DNA from: Squalus acanthias
Taxonomy: Eukaryota
Length of the DNA stretch: 64,000 nucleotides
Assembly (NCBI GenBank): GCA_030390025.1
Contig: CM059432.1
Coordinates: 146,260,001-146,324,000, forward strand
Direction of reading: 5' to 3'
Under the pieces are notes generated by a model, which did not search any database, had not been told where the DNA came from, and saw only the letters and a list, made by a program, of their open reading frames with translations. Positions 1-11,193 of the stretch are shown here, one piece after another. Position 1 is the first letter of the stretch; each line of letters opens with the position of its first letter. Made by a program: the position numbers and the translations under genes.

Positions 1-460
1 CGGAATATCCAGCACTGTCCGACAAGGCAGTAAAGTTTGTAATGCCTTTTCCCACAACCTACCTTTGCGAAACTGGATTTTCTGCGCTTGTCGCATTGAA
101 GACCAAATATCGAATAAACTTCATGTTGAACCAGATCTCCGATTGAGACTGTCATCGCTGGAACCTGAGATCCAGCGTTTGACGTCTGCAAAACAACTTC
201 CGCCTTCTCATTAGATAAGTGTTATCTTTTCCCCACTGGTAGGCCTACTGCAGGTAAATGTGCTGTGACGAGTGCAATGCATTTGTGAGTGAGCATAATA
301 AATGATTAGAAACAACTGTGTTTTTAATACCTGTTGATATATAAGTTTGACTCCCGTCAGCCATAGGCGATGATCAAAATGTTTTAAATAGCTAGTGGTC
401 CGCAAAAGCTTTTGATGACGATGTAGTGGTCCGCATAAAGGAAGAGGTTGGGAACCGCTG
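1..460 (+). mobile_element. 3' end of a hAT-superfamily (Buster/Charlie-like) DNA transposon
   Basis: Bases 3-214 translate to EYPALSDKAVKFVMPFPTTYLCETGFSALVALKTKYR/NKLHVEPDLRLRLSSLEPEIQRLTSAKQLPPSH* (hAT C-terminal dimerisation domain, one frameshift near 113). Right TIR GGTTGGGAACCGCTG ends at 460, followed by CCCTAGAG (NNNTANNN target typical of Buster elements). Subterminal TAGTGGTCCGCA occurs twice. Confidence 0.9.
3..214 (+). pseudogene. hAT transposase C-terminus, frameshifted
   Basis: Manual translation; PFPTTYLCE.GFS motif and terminal PSH*. Confidence 0.85.
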
Positions 461-760
461 CCCTAGAGCATCTAAATCTTTCGGCAGAAGATTGTACTCC
501 TCTGCACAAACTTTAGCATCATCTGCAAACTTACCCCCGAACACCACTGTCCAGGTCTTTAGTAAAACAGTGAACAGTAGTGGGCCGAACACCGATCCCT
601 GCAGGACACCATTAATAACCAACCCCCAGGCTGATCCACAACCGGTGACCTCAACTTTTTGGTTGTGCGATGGGAGCCAATTTCTAACCAAATTCCCACT
701 GAGAACACGAGATTCCGACTGCAGCCTATTGATTTCAGTGCCGATCATCAAGTTAAGCTA
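461..760 (-). mobile_element. Degenerate CR1-like reverse transcriptase fragment (host of the hAT insertion)
   Basis: ORF 392..751 contains GVLQGSVFGPLLF and KFADDAK RT motifs. Confidence 0.75.
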
Positions 761-1189
761 AAATTAATTGTGTGGTTTGCCTGGAACTCGCCCCATTTGC
801 AATATTTGATAGTTGAAGTGATACAAGATAAAAAGAAGTCATGCCAAAGAGATGAGCTCGCACCAGGACCAGGCTGCTTGTACCTGCCGTTACGCTATTA
901 AGAATATCTGCAGGCCAGGGTACACCTACCTCGCAATGGCTGATGGTAACTGACTCTACAGTCTGCGGGTCAGCATAGAAGCAGTTTTCCAGCTGTGCCA
1001 TCTGCTGCGAGGAGATCTACAGCCAACCCCCACTACAGAACCTGCAGCAGTCGAGGTCACTTTGTTCCTCCACTGTTTTGTCTGAACCTCCCGCCAGGAT
1101 AGCATAGGGGTCATCTACACTATCAGTCAATTTAATGATGTATGAGACAACTGCCTGATTAATGGTTGAACAGAGCAAATACTTTTACA

Positions 1190-1315
1190 AAAAGCAAAAT
1201 ACTGCGGATGCTGGAAATCTGAAATAAAAATGCTGGAAATGCTCAGCAGGTCAGGCAGCATCCATGGAGAGAGAAACAGAGTTAACGTTTCAGGTCGATG
1301 ACCTCTCGTCAGAAC
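1190..1315 (-). mobile_element. Penelope-like terminal (pLTR) fragment
   Basis: Reverse-complement homolog of 4467-4566, the 3' end of the Penelope element. Confidence 0.8.
1280..1315 (-). ncRNA. Minimal type I hammerhead ribozyme motif
   Basis: Minus strand reads GUU-CUGACGA-G-AGGUC-AUC-GACCU-GAAAC-GUU-AAC. Confidence 0.7.
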
Positions 1316-1587
1316 ATTTTGATCTCCTTTCTCATTCCATTGTTTTGTATCTGATACATTTTGATGGAGGACAGGCTGGAGACATTAGAAAGTCTACCAA
1401 GATATCAGAAGTGAGAGAGAGACTGGCTCTCAAGACTAGATCGGTCAGGCTATCCTGGTAAAGGCTGTTTGAAATGTTTCAGCAAACCACATGGGTCTCA
1501 TTCACTGCAGTTTGGCCCTGCAGAAGCACCTGAAGATTCAGATCTCACAGGGTCTGCTTTAAAACGGCTAGGTACTGTCTTGGATAG

Positions 1588-2680
1588 AGAACTGGTTGGC
1601 AGACAGGAAGCAAAGAGTTGGAATAAACGGGTCTTTTTCCGAGTGGCAGGCAGTACTAGTGGGGTACCGCAGGGATCGGTGCTAGGACCCCAGCTATTCA
1701 CAATATATATTAATGATCTAGACGAGGGAACTAGATGTAATATCTCCAAGTTTGCAGATGACACAAAGCTGGGTGGGCGTGTGTGCTGTGAGGAGGATGC
1801 AGAGAAACTCCAGTATGATTTGGACAGGTTGGGTGATTGGGCAGATGCATGGCAGATGCAGTATAATGTGGATAAATGCAAGGTTATCCACTTTGGTGGC
1901 AACAACAGGAAGGCAGATTATTATCTGAATGGCAATAGATTGGGAAAAGGGGAAGTGCAACGAGACCTGGGTGTCCTTGTGCACCAGTCGTTGAAGGTAA
2001 GCATGCAGGTGCAGCAGGCGGTTAAGAAGGCAAATGGTATGTTGGCCTTCATAACGAGAGGATTCGAGTACAGGAGCAAGGATGTCTTGCTGCAGTTGTA
2101 CAGGGCCTTGGTGAGACCACACCTTGAGTATTGTGTGCAGTTTTGGTCGCCTTATCTGAGGAAGGATGTTCTTGCCATGGAGGGAGTGCAGCGAAGATTC
2201 ACCAGACTGATACCTGGGATGGCAGGAATGACGTATGAAGAGAGATTGGGACGATTGGGCTTGTATTCGCTAGAATTTAGAAGAATGAGAGGGGATCTCA
2301 TTGAAACTTATAAAATTCTAACAGGACTAGACAGACTAGATGCAGGAAGAATGTTCCCAATGGCGGGGGAGTCCAGAACCAGGGGTCACAGTCTAAGGAT
2401 AAGGGGTAAGCCATTTAGGACTGAGATGAGAAGGAATTTCTTCACCCAGAGAGTGGTGAACCTGTGGAATTCTCTACCACAGAAGGCAGTTGAGGCCAAT
2501 TCATTAAATATATTCAAGAAGGAGACAGATATATTTCTTAAGGCTAAAGGGATCAAGGGATATGGGGAGAAAGCAGGGACAGGGTACTGAATTTGGATGA
2601 TCAGCCATGATCTCATTAAATGGCGGAGCAGGCTCGAGGGGCCAAATGGCCTACTCCTGCTCCTATCTTCTATGTTTCTA
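1588..2680 (+). mobile_element. CR1 LINE, 5'-truncated (RT C-terminal half and 3' UTR)
   Basis: GVPQGSVLGP, FADDTKLGG, RPHLEYCVQFWSP, RRMRGDLIETYK; TTCTATGTTTCTA tail. Confidence 0.95.
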
Positions 2681-3283
2681 AAACTGAAATTGCTGTCTGA
2701 GCGACATCTTCTACATGAACCCCCTGTTTACATGAAATGCATATTGCAAGCTCTGGGGACTAGTGTAAAGTTAACCACCTAAATCTTTGTAGTGTGGATA
2801 AAAAGTTATCTGCACTGTAGTCTGCCACACCAGTGGATCTGACGTGAATACCTCAGTGAGCAGGTTATAGGCGTAGTGGGCATATCACACAAGCATTGCT
2901 TAACTGCGGCTATAGAGGCGCTTTTTACCAGCCTCGATATGAAGAACAGATACAGACAATCTTGAGGCAGAAGTGGACATGCTGAGGTGCGTCTTCCAGC
3001 AGGAACATGTGTGTAGTAGTGAAAGATTTGGCAGTTGTCCCCCCTGTTGTCACATCTGGGCCATCAAGCACCTGTGTACAATTTATATGGAGCTGAGGTT
3101 ATGATCTAAAATTGTTGAACTCGATATTGAGTCCAGAGGGCTGTAGCGTGCCTAAACCCTGAACTAGAACATTTCATTCACTATGCTTCCAATTTCCACC
3201 CTTCCCTCACCTTCACATGGTCCATCTCCGACTCTTCTCTTCCCTTCCTCGACTTCTCCATCTCCATCTCTGGGGATAGGTTA

Positions 3284-4189
3284 TTGACTAACATTCACTA
3301 CAAGCCCACCGACTCCCACAGCTACCTGGACTACACTTCCTCCCACCCCGCCTCCTGTAAGGACTCTATTCCATTCTCCCAGTTTCTCCGTCTCCGCCGC
3401 ATCTGCTCTGATGATGCCACCTTCCATACCAGTGCTTCCGACATGTCTTCCTTTTTCCTCAACCGAGGATTCCCCTCTACCGTGGTCGACACGGCCCTCG
3501 ACCGTGTCCGTTCTATCTCCCGCACATCTGCCCTCACCCCTGCCCCTCCCTCCCGGAACCACGATAGGGTTCCCCTTGTCCTCACCTTTCACCCCACCAG
3601 CCTCCACATTCAACGGATCATCCTCCGCCATTTCCGCCACCTCCAGCGTGATCCCACCACCAAACACATCTTCCCCTCACCTCCCCTTTCAGCATTCCGC
3701 AGGGACCGCTCCCTCCGCGACACCCTAGTCCACTCCTCTACCACCCCCAGCACCCCTTCCCCTTCGCCCGGCACCTTCCCGTGCACGCGCAGGAGATGCA
3801 ACACATGCCCTTATACCTCCCCTCTTCCCACTGTCCAGGGCCCCAAACACCCCTTCCAGGTGAAACAGCGATTTACTTGTACTTCCTGCAATTTAGTATA
3901 CTGTATTCGCTGCTCACGATGTGGACTCCTCTACATTGGGGAGACCAAACGCAGATTGGGTGACCGCTTTGCGGAACACCTCCGTTCAGTCCGTAAGGGG
4001 GACCCCGAGCTCCCGGTGGCCTGTCACTTTAATTCACCGCTTCACTCCCACTCTGACCTCACCGTCCTCGGCCTAATACACTGTTCCACGGAAGCTCAGC
4101 GTAAGCTCGAGGAACAGCACCTCATCTTTCGTTTAGGCACGCTACAGCCCTCTGGACTCAATATCGAGTTCAACAATTTTAGATCATAA
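3284..4189 (+). CDS. Penelope-like ORF fragment: RT thumb, Cys-rich linker and GIY-YIG endonuclease (5'-truncated)
   Basis: HYKPTDSHSYLDYTSSHP, PCTRRRCNTC, NLVYCIRCSRCGLLYIGETKRRLGDRFAEH, PSGLN; no internal stops. Confidence 0.9.
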   Translation: MTNIHYKPTDSHSYLDYTSSHPASCKDSIPFSQFLRLRRICSDDATFHTSASDMSSFFLNRGFPSTVVDTALDRVRSISRTSALTPAPPSRNHDRVPLVLTFHPTSLHIQRIILRHFRHLQRDPTTKHIFPSPPLSAFRRDRSLRDTLVHSSTTPSTPSPSPGTFPCTRRRCNTCPYTSPLPTVQGPKHPFQVKQRFTCTSCNLVYCIRCSRCGLLYIGETKRRLGDRFAEHLRSVRKGDPELPVACHFNSPLHSHSDLTVLGLIHCSTEAQRKLEEQHLIFRLGTLQPSGLNIEFNNFRS

Positions 4190-4465
4190 CCTCAGCTCCA
4201 ATCACATTTATATTTTATTTTATCCACCCTTTTATTTGTCCCCCCCACCTTTTTTTTCCTCCTAGAAGCTGGCAGCTGTCCTTCATTCTGCCAGTAGATT
4301 TCACACTTCATTCAGCCTTAATCTGTCACATTAACACCACCTCTAGCCTTGCATATCTCTTAATGTCTCTTAATGTCTCTTCATCTCCTCCTTTGTTCCT
4401 TTATCCCCTCCCCCTTTTCCCAGCTTTACCCTGGCCTTAAATCTATTTGATTTCCAGCTCTTCCC

Positions 4466-4502
4466 AGTTCTGATGAAAGGTCATCGACCTGAAACGTCAA
4501 CT
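4466..4502 (+). ncRNA. Minimal type I hammerhead ribozyme motif in Penelope 3' pLTR
   Basis: AGUU-CUGAUGA-A-AGGUC-AUC-GACCU-GAAAC-GUC^AACU: complete core, 4-bp stem I, 5-bp stem II, palindromic ACGU stem III. Confidence 0.85.
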
Positions 4503-5069
4503 CTCTTTCTCTCTCCACGGATGCTGCCTGGCCTGCTGAGTTTTTCCAGCGTTTTCTGTTGTTATTTGTGTACAATTTATATTAGATGTGCCAGAAACCA
4601 CACAGGACCAGGCAGCCAGAACAACACTTAAGGTATCTGATTCAGGTGCAGAGGCCTCTGGGTCAGGCACATGCGTAAACCTTTCTCTTACTACTGTTCG
4701 GACTTCGAGAATTGCAAATAAGCGTAACAATGACAGACAAGTATGTGATCAATAAAATTGGTCTTTATTCACACTACAGTTCAAAATTCAAGTGTACGTC
4801 GCAATCAATACGCGCCTAATTTACCCGTACATAAAAGTATTTCCCAGCAATTTACACGCTATCTCTGGGCGATTTATATTCCAAGTCAACCGTACATAAA
4901 TGCACCCCTTTTAACAATATCTAAGCTCTATGTCCGACTTTCATACATACTCCTTTATCTCTGGGTGATCAATCTAGAAAAGTTGTGGGTCGAAACGTAG
5001 ACTGGCCAGCTTCCTCTGTTCGCCTGTTCTTCCGTTCTATCTTCTTTGTCCCTTCTGCGTTCTGAATTT

Positions 5070-5304
5070 CCCGCCCCTGGGTTACTTCTGTTATCGCTGT
5101 CTGCCTTCCTCTGATAGGTCAGTTTCACTCCAAACCTTCCCTGATTGGAGTTCCTTCCACGTGACACGTTCATGTTCCTGTGAGGCGTGTGGGGGCAGGA
5201 CTTCCTTGTCAGTCGTGCTTCTTCTTCCTGTCCATGTGGCCTTTCAAACAAAGGACTATACTGACCACCAGGCAAAGGTCCCCCTGCTGACTTCCACCAT
5301 TTTG
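5070..5304. promoter_or_regulatory. Promoter-like motif cluster (GC box, CCAAT, E-box, ETS, ETS/YY1-like)
   Basis: CCCGCCCC 5070, CTGATTGG 5141, CCACGTGAC 5157, ACTTCCT 5200, ACTTCCACCATTTTG 5290. Confidence 0.4.
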
Positions 5305-6360
5305 TGTCTTCACAAACAAAGAACACATGCTGATTTCCTACATTTTGAATCCGTCTGTAACCATTTCGCAATTCATTCTGAACTTCGACCTCCACACGGT
5401 TGCAGCGGTTTTATTACAATCTTTAGAATCTTACACATGTGGAGCTCTCACGCAGGCTGGTCGGGAAACCATGCCGTCAGCCAGCAACCCTATTCCTTCC
5501 ATTAGTGAATCACTGAGGGATGGTACGCTAGTTGTCCCATGCTGCATTCATACAACAGGTACAAGGAGAACCACTGAGTAAAATCATACTGACACCATTC
5601 ATCGCACAGATAATTGTAGAAATAAAAACGCTATACTTGAATTGTAATGTTGCACAGAGTATCCATCATCACAGTTTTCTGGAGAAAGCAAGACAGACCA
5701 AAAGCTATGGTAACGATGAAATGGACAGACGATGGCAGGAAACTGTAGCAGAAAGTGAGATCGGAAAAGTATATTGGCATTTGTTGAATGATGGGTTTTT
5801 AAGGGGGTCCATCTGCTGGACTTATTGGAAAGCATGAGCTAATGGCCCAGAAATTCACCTCTCCGGCTTGCCGCGGGGGTAAGGATCGCGTGCGCTCTTA
5901 CCTACCGCGCCTGCCGTTGTGTTTTGGGCCCACGGGAACTTCAGCTCCTGGGCCTCTCCCAAGTGCCGGCGCGCAGTGCTTGCGTGTCCCAGGGGCGTAG
6001 TTAGTGCGATGCGTCCCCTGGGATCACGTGGGCCATGGAGAGCCAATGGCAGCAGACCATCTTTCATTCATAGATTTGACAGGAGACCTATCAAATCTGT
6101 GAATTGAAATCAGCCCCAAAAGAACAGCTAAACTTAAAATAAATTTTAAAAAAACCATCACATTTATAAAATAACTATAGTTAAAAAAATTAACCACTTT
6201 AAACAAAAATTTTAATTTTTGAAAAAATTAAAATACTTTTTAAAAGTGATAAAAATAAACTTACCTTTCTTTAAAGTATCTAAAAAAGATAAACCTGTTG
6301 AAATGTTTTTTTAATTATACTTAATTAACCACTTACCTTGTTGAAAACGGCTCCTGCGCC

Positions 6361-6590
6361 TCTTTCACGTTGGACCCCCTGGGACACATCTCATTGTCTT
6401 GGCTGTGCTCTTAGTGTGTCTTTGATGTAGGGAAAGATTTGAATACATTTTTTCTGTGTTTATATTGTGAATTCTGGGAGATTCTCTCACAGCTACTCTA
6501 CCTGAGGAAGGGGCGACAGCTCCGAAAGCTTGTAATTTTAAATAAATCTGTTGGACTATAACCTGGTATTGTGCGACTTCTCATTTTTGT
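6361..6590 (+). mobile_element. Penelope-like 3' fragment (second family) inserted in the MITE
   Basis: Homologous to 42400-42684, including AATAAA..TGTTGGACTATAACCTGGT end. Confidence 0.7.
6499..6534 (+). ncRNA. Minimal type I hammerhead ribozyme motif
   Basis: UAC-CUGAGGA-A-GGGGC-GACA-GCUCC-GAAAG-CUU^GUA. Confidence 0.7.
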
Positions 6591-6902
6591 CCTTTTTAAT
6601 AGCGTAGGTTCTTCAATACTTACCCTCGTGTAGAAACCTGAAAAAAAATCTAAGTTTGCTGCGTGCGCGCAGCCTCTACCGCGCACACGGTTCACCTAGG
6701 AGCCGCCCCCTTCACCATACCGGAAGTTCTGGTTTCCCGCGCATGCGCAGTGCATGCAGGAAACCGGCACTTCGGGACGCATTACAGGTGAGTACGGAAG
6801 GGCCGAATTTTTGGCCCATTAGTTCCTATCTTCTTCCCACAACAGTAGTACTGTGACTGGTTTGCTATCTTCTCTCCTGGCTTCCTTTCTTGCTATGGCT
6901 TC

Positions 6903-7300
6903 TTTTTTTATTCATTCTCAGGATGTGGGCACCACTGGCAAGGCTGGCATCTATTGCCTATCCCTAATTGCCCTGGATTTAACTGAGTGGTTTGCCAGGC
7001 CATTTTAGAAGGCAGTTAATAATCAACCACATTGGTGTGGGACTGGAGTCACAAACAGGCTAGACCAGATAAGAACAGTAGATTTTCTTCCCTAAAGGAC
7101 ATTAGTGAAACAGTTGGGTTTTTACGACAATCTGACAGCTTCATGGTCACTTTTATAGGTATCAACAATTTTTTCCCAGAATTTTTAAATAATTCAAATT
7201 CTCAAACTGACAGGATAGGATTTGAACTCATGTTCTCTGGCTTATTAGTGCAGTCCTCTGGATTACTAGTCTATTAATACAACTACGACACTATCATACC
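6903..7300 (-). mobile_element. SINE (probably tRNA-derived) with 3' tail shared with the LINE-B family
   Basis: Minus strand has B-box-like GAGTTCAAATCC near its 5' end; 3' end GGGCAATTAGGGATAGGCAATAGATGC...GAATAAAAAA matches 10678-10750. Confidence 0.75.
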
Positions 7301-8419
7301 CGTATGCTGCCTTTATTCCTCCATGGTGGAACCGCCTTGAAAGGCAAGGTTGGGCAGAGTGCAGCAGACAGCAATCAATAAGGTGTACTGCTTCACCAGT
7401 CCTCCCCAATCAGTCTGTAACGGATTCGAAGAGACTACCAATATGGTGGCAATCAGCAATTTTAATGATCAAGCACAACTAGTTACACACAGTAACAAGG
7501 CAATACCTATAAAAGGTGGATCCCCTAGAATCTTGGAAATATATTTTCTGTGGTTGTACTCTCATCTTGTTTTAGTTGGCTAACTCTTCATTGCAAGCCT
7601 GATTGTTTTTCTCTCTCTCATATTCCAAAGCCAATCTTCAGGGATTTTCTGGACTTTAAGTTGGTTGACAGCTATGCCGTTGGTACTTCTCAGGTAGATC
7701 GGATGTTATCTTTTTGCGTGTGTTCCTTGCATGAAATATCAAGTTGAAATTACTTTTGCATATCCCAAATGAACACTTACACAAGGGACTCCTCCAAACT
7801 CATCAAATGGCACTTACTTGAATCTATGCTTAATTTATATAAAAATATATATTTTTTAAATGTCTCACCAATGATTGTTTTGTCATTTAAAAGGGTAAAC
7901 AATTCATTTTCTTGACATGAGTAGATTTATTATCATCTGTTTTAGTCAAGCCTCAAATTACTATCAATTCACCCCTGGAAACCACTTCTCAAACATTTAG
8001 CAATTGTTCCCTAAATGCTTCTCCTCCTTGTTGCTCCTGAAGTGGTCACTCTAGAGTTCAATGGTGCCAGGCATGGATAGCACTATTTGTGTACAAAGAG
8101 CAAAATACCCACAATCATTTTCTGGTTTGATCCAAAAACACCAGTTGGGAACTTGAAGTGCCAGATGGTTCCTGGAGAAAAAAGTTACAAAAAAACTTTA
8201 AAAGTAATGTATATTCTCGAATGCTATACTCTGTAATTAGGTAGTAGCTTACGAAATCTAAATTTCACAAGGCAGTAGGCAGCCCCACCATACTCACTAA
8301 AATCTGAGGCCATATTGAGAATCCTACATTCATTACCATGTAATACATTTTAAACTTTTAGGCAGAAATATTTTTTAAAAGAAAACATATAAAAGTAAAT
8401 GAAACATACCAGCACTGTT

Positions 8420-8745
8420 ACAGTAAAGGAGGTGGTAGCAAAGAAATTGGATAGGAAAAATTAGATGAAGAAGAGGCACTTAAAAAATAGGCAGCGCTCA
8501 AAGTAGAGAAGTCACGCGGATGGATGGTATGAAACCTAGGTTGCTGAGGGAAGTAAGGGTGGAGATAACAGAGCCTCTGGCCACAATCTTCCAATCCTCC
8601 TTAGATATGGGGTAGTGCCAGAGGACTGGAGGATTGCAAATGTAGCACCCCTGTTCAAAAAAGGGGAGAGGAATAAACTACAGGCCAGTCAGCCTAACAT
8701 CGGTGATGGGGGATCTTTTAGAGACAATAATCCGAGACAAAATTA
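8420..8745 (+). mobile_element. Degenerate CR1 ORF2 fragment
   Basis: VPEDWRIANVAPLFKKG, YRPVSLTS-like. Confidence 0.75.
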
Positions 8746-8756
8746 TATTTTTCAGA

Positions 8757-10750
8757 CTGAGGAGTGCAGAAGAGCATGCCAGGAGCAGCACCAGGTGTAC
8801 CTAAAAATGAGGTGCCAACCTGGGGAAGCTGCAACACAGGACTACATGCATGCTAAACAGCGGAAGCAGCATACTATTGATAGAGGTAAGCGATCCCACA
8901 GTCAACGGATCAGATCAAAGCTCTGCAGTCCTGCCACATCCAGTCGTGAATGGTGGTGGACCAGTAAACAACTGACGGGAGGAGGAGGCTCCATGAATAT
9001 CCCCATCCTCAATGATGACGGAGCCCAGCACATGAGTGCAAAAGACAAGGCTAAAGCGTTTGCAACCATCTTCAGCCAGAAGTGCCGAGTGGATGATCCA
9101 TATCGGCCTCCTCCTGAGGTCCCCACCATCACAGAAGCCAGTCTTCAGCCAGTTCAATTCACTCCATGTGATATCAAGAAACGGCTGAGTGCACTGGATA
9201 CAGCAAAGGCTATGGGCCCTGACAACATCCCGGCTATCGTGCTGAAGACTTGTGCTCCAGAACTAGCTGCGCCTCTAGCCCAGCTGTTCCAGTACAGCTA
9301 CAACACTGGCATCTACCCGACAATGTGCAAAACTGCCCAGGTATGTCCTATCCACAAAAAGCAGGACAAATCCAATCAGGCCAATTACCATCCCATCAAT
9401 CTACTCTCAATCATCAACAAAGTGATGGAAGGTGTCATCGAAAGTGCTATCAAGCGGCATTTACTCACCAATAACCTACTCACTGATGCCCAATTTGGGT
9501 TCCACCAAGACCACTCGGCTCCCGACCTCATTACAGCCTTGGTCCAAACATGGACAAAGGAGCTGAATTCCAGAGATGAGGTGAGAGTGACTGTCCTTGA
9601 AATCAAGGCAGCATTTGACCAAGTGTGGCATCAAGGAGCCCTAGTAAAACTAAAGTCAATGGGAATCGGGGGGAAAACTCTCCACTGGCTGGAGTCATAC
9701 CTAGCACAAAGGAAGATGGTTGTGGTGTTTGAAGTTTAATCATCACAGCCCAGGACATCGCTGCAGGAGTTCCTCAGGGCAGTGTCCGAGGCCCAACCAT
9801 CTTCAGCTGCTTCATCAATGACCTTCCCTCCAACATAAGGTCAGAAATGGGATCTTCGCTGATGACTGCACAGTGTTCAGCGCCATTCACAACTCCTCAG
9901 ATAATGAAGCAGTCCATGCCCGCATCCAACAAGACCTGGACGACGTTCAGGCTTGAGTTGATGAGTGGCAGGTAACATTCGTGCCACAGAAGTGCCAGGC
10001 AATGACTATCTCCAACAAGCGAGAGTCCAACCACTGCCCCTTGACATTACCATCACCAAATCCCCCACCATCAACATCCTGGGGGTCACCATTGATGGGG
10101 AACTTAACTGGACCAGCCACATAAATACTGTGGCAACAAGAGCAGGTCAGAGGCTAGGTATTCTGTGGCGAGTGTCTTACCTCCTGACTCCCCAAAGCCT
10201 TTCCACCATCTACAAGGTACAAGTCAGGAGTGTGATGGAATATTCTCCACTTGCCTAGATCAGTGCAGTGCCAACAACACTCAAGAAGCTCGACATCATC
10301 CAGGGCAAAGCTGCCCGCTTGATTGGCACACCATCCACCACCTTAAAAATTCACTCCCTCCACCACCGGCGCACCGTGGCTGCAGTGTGTACCATCTACA
10401 AGATGCACTGCAGCAACTCGCCAAGGCTTCTTCGGCAGCACCTCCCAAACCCGTGACCTTTTCCACCTAGAAGGACAAGGGCAGCAGACGCATGGGAACA
10501 CCACCACCTCCAAGTATCCCTCCAAGTCACACACCATCCTCACTTTGAAGTATATCACTGTTCCTTCATTGTCGCTGGGTCAAAATCCTGGAACTCCCTC
10601 CCTAACAGCACTGTGGGAGTACCCTCACCACACGGACTGCAGCGGTTCAAGAAGGCAGCTCACCACCACCTTCTCGAGGGCAAATTAGGGATGGGCAATA
10701 AATGCTGGCCTTGCCAGCGACACCCACATCCCATAAACGAATAAAAAAAA
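8757..10750 (+). mobile_element. APE-RT non-LTR retrotransposon ('LINE-B', CR1/Jockey-group like), 5'-truncated, decayed
   Basis: KAMGPDNIP, QFGFHQDHS, GVPQGSV, FADD motifs with stops/frameshifts; A-rich tail. Confidence 0.9.
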
Positions 10751-10922
10751 CACATGAAAATGGGTCAGGGCTGGGGCAAATACACAGGGGCAGGCGGTCA
10801 CCGCGAATCAGAAAATCCTAGCTCATAGTCCTTTATTGAACTAAATAGCCAACTTACCTTTCCCCCACATATCTACCAATACCGTTTTGTGATCATGCGA
10901 AGAAGTATATGGATTTACTTAC

Positions 10923-10954
10923 CTGCTTGCTGTCAAGAACACCTTGCCTGGAGT
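10923..10954 (-). other. Candidate 32-nt micro-exon of a minus-strand transcript
   Basis: Minus strand TCTTCTGCTTTGCAG|ACTCC...AAGCAG|GTAAGT, near-consensus acceptor and donor. Confidence 0.35.
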
Positions 10955-10969
10955 CTGCAAAGCAGAAGA

Positions 10970-11193
10970 TTTTGTAGAAGGTGAGAGACTAGTAAATGTT
11001 GGTAATCAGAGGGATTTGGGGTCCTTGTACACAAATCACAGAAAGTGAACACGTAGGTGCATAAAGCAAGTAGGAAGGCAAATAGTAAGTCAGCCTTTAT
11101 TACAAGGAGGTTAGAGTAGAAAAGTAACGAAGTCTTGTTGCAATTATATACGGCTTTGGTGAGACCACACCAGGAGTACTGTGTATAGATTTG
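10970..11193 (+). mobile_element. CR1 fragment, 5' part (interrupted by Harbinger)
   Basis: LQLYTALVRPHQEYCV; continues at 15336. Confidence 0.85.

Larger units (their letters stand above)
3089..4566 (+). mobile_element. Penelope-like retroelement, 5'-truncated with inverted 5' segment
   Basis: 16-bp TSD TGTGTACAATTTATAT at 3073-3088 and 4567-4582; 3088-3157 is the reverse complement of 4131-4200; RT-thumb/GIY-YIG ORF. Confidence 0.93.
5844..6817. mobile_element. Non-autonomous Harbinger-type element (MITE)
   Basis: Imperfect 13-bp TIRs GGCCCAGAAATTC / GAATTTTTGGCCC resembling the Harbinger TIRs in the window; GC-rich subterminals, AT-rich core; flanks AAT/ATT. Confidence 0.65.

Noticed and set aside
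4955..5395. 146-aa minus-strand ORF and other short ORFs in unique DNA (36016, 48153, 53692)
   Set aside because: No recognisable domains or clear exon boundaries
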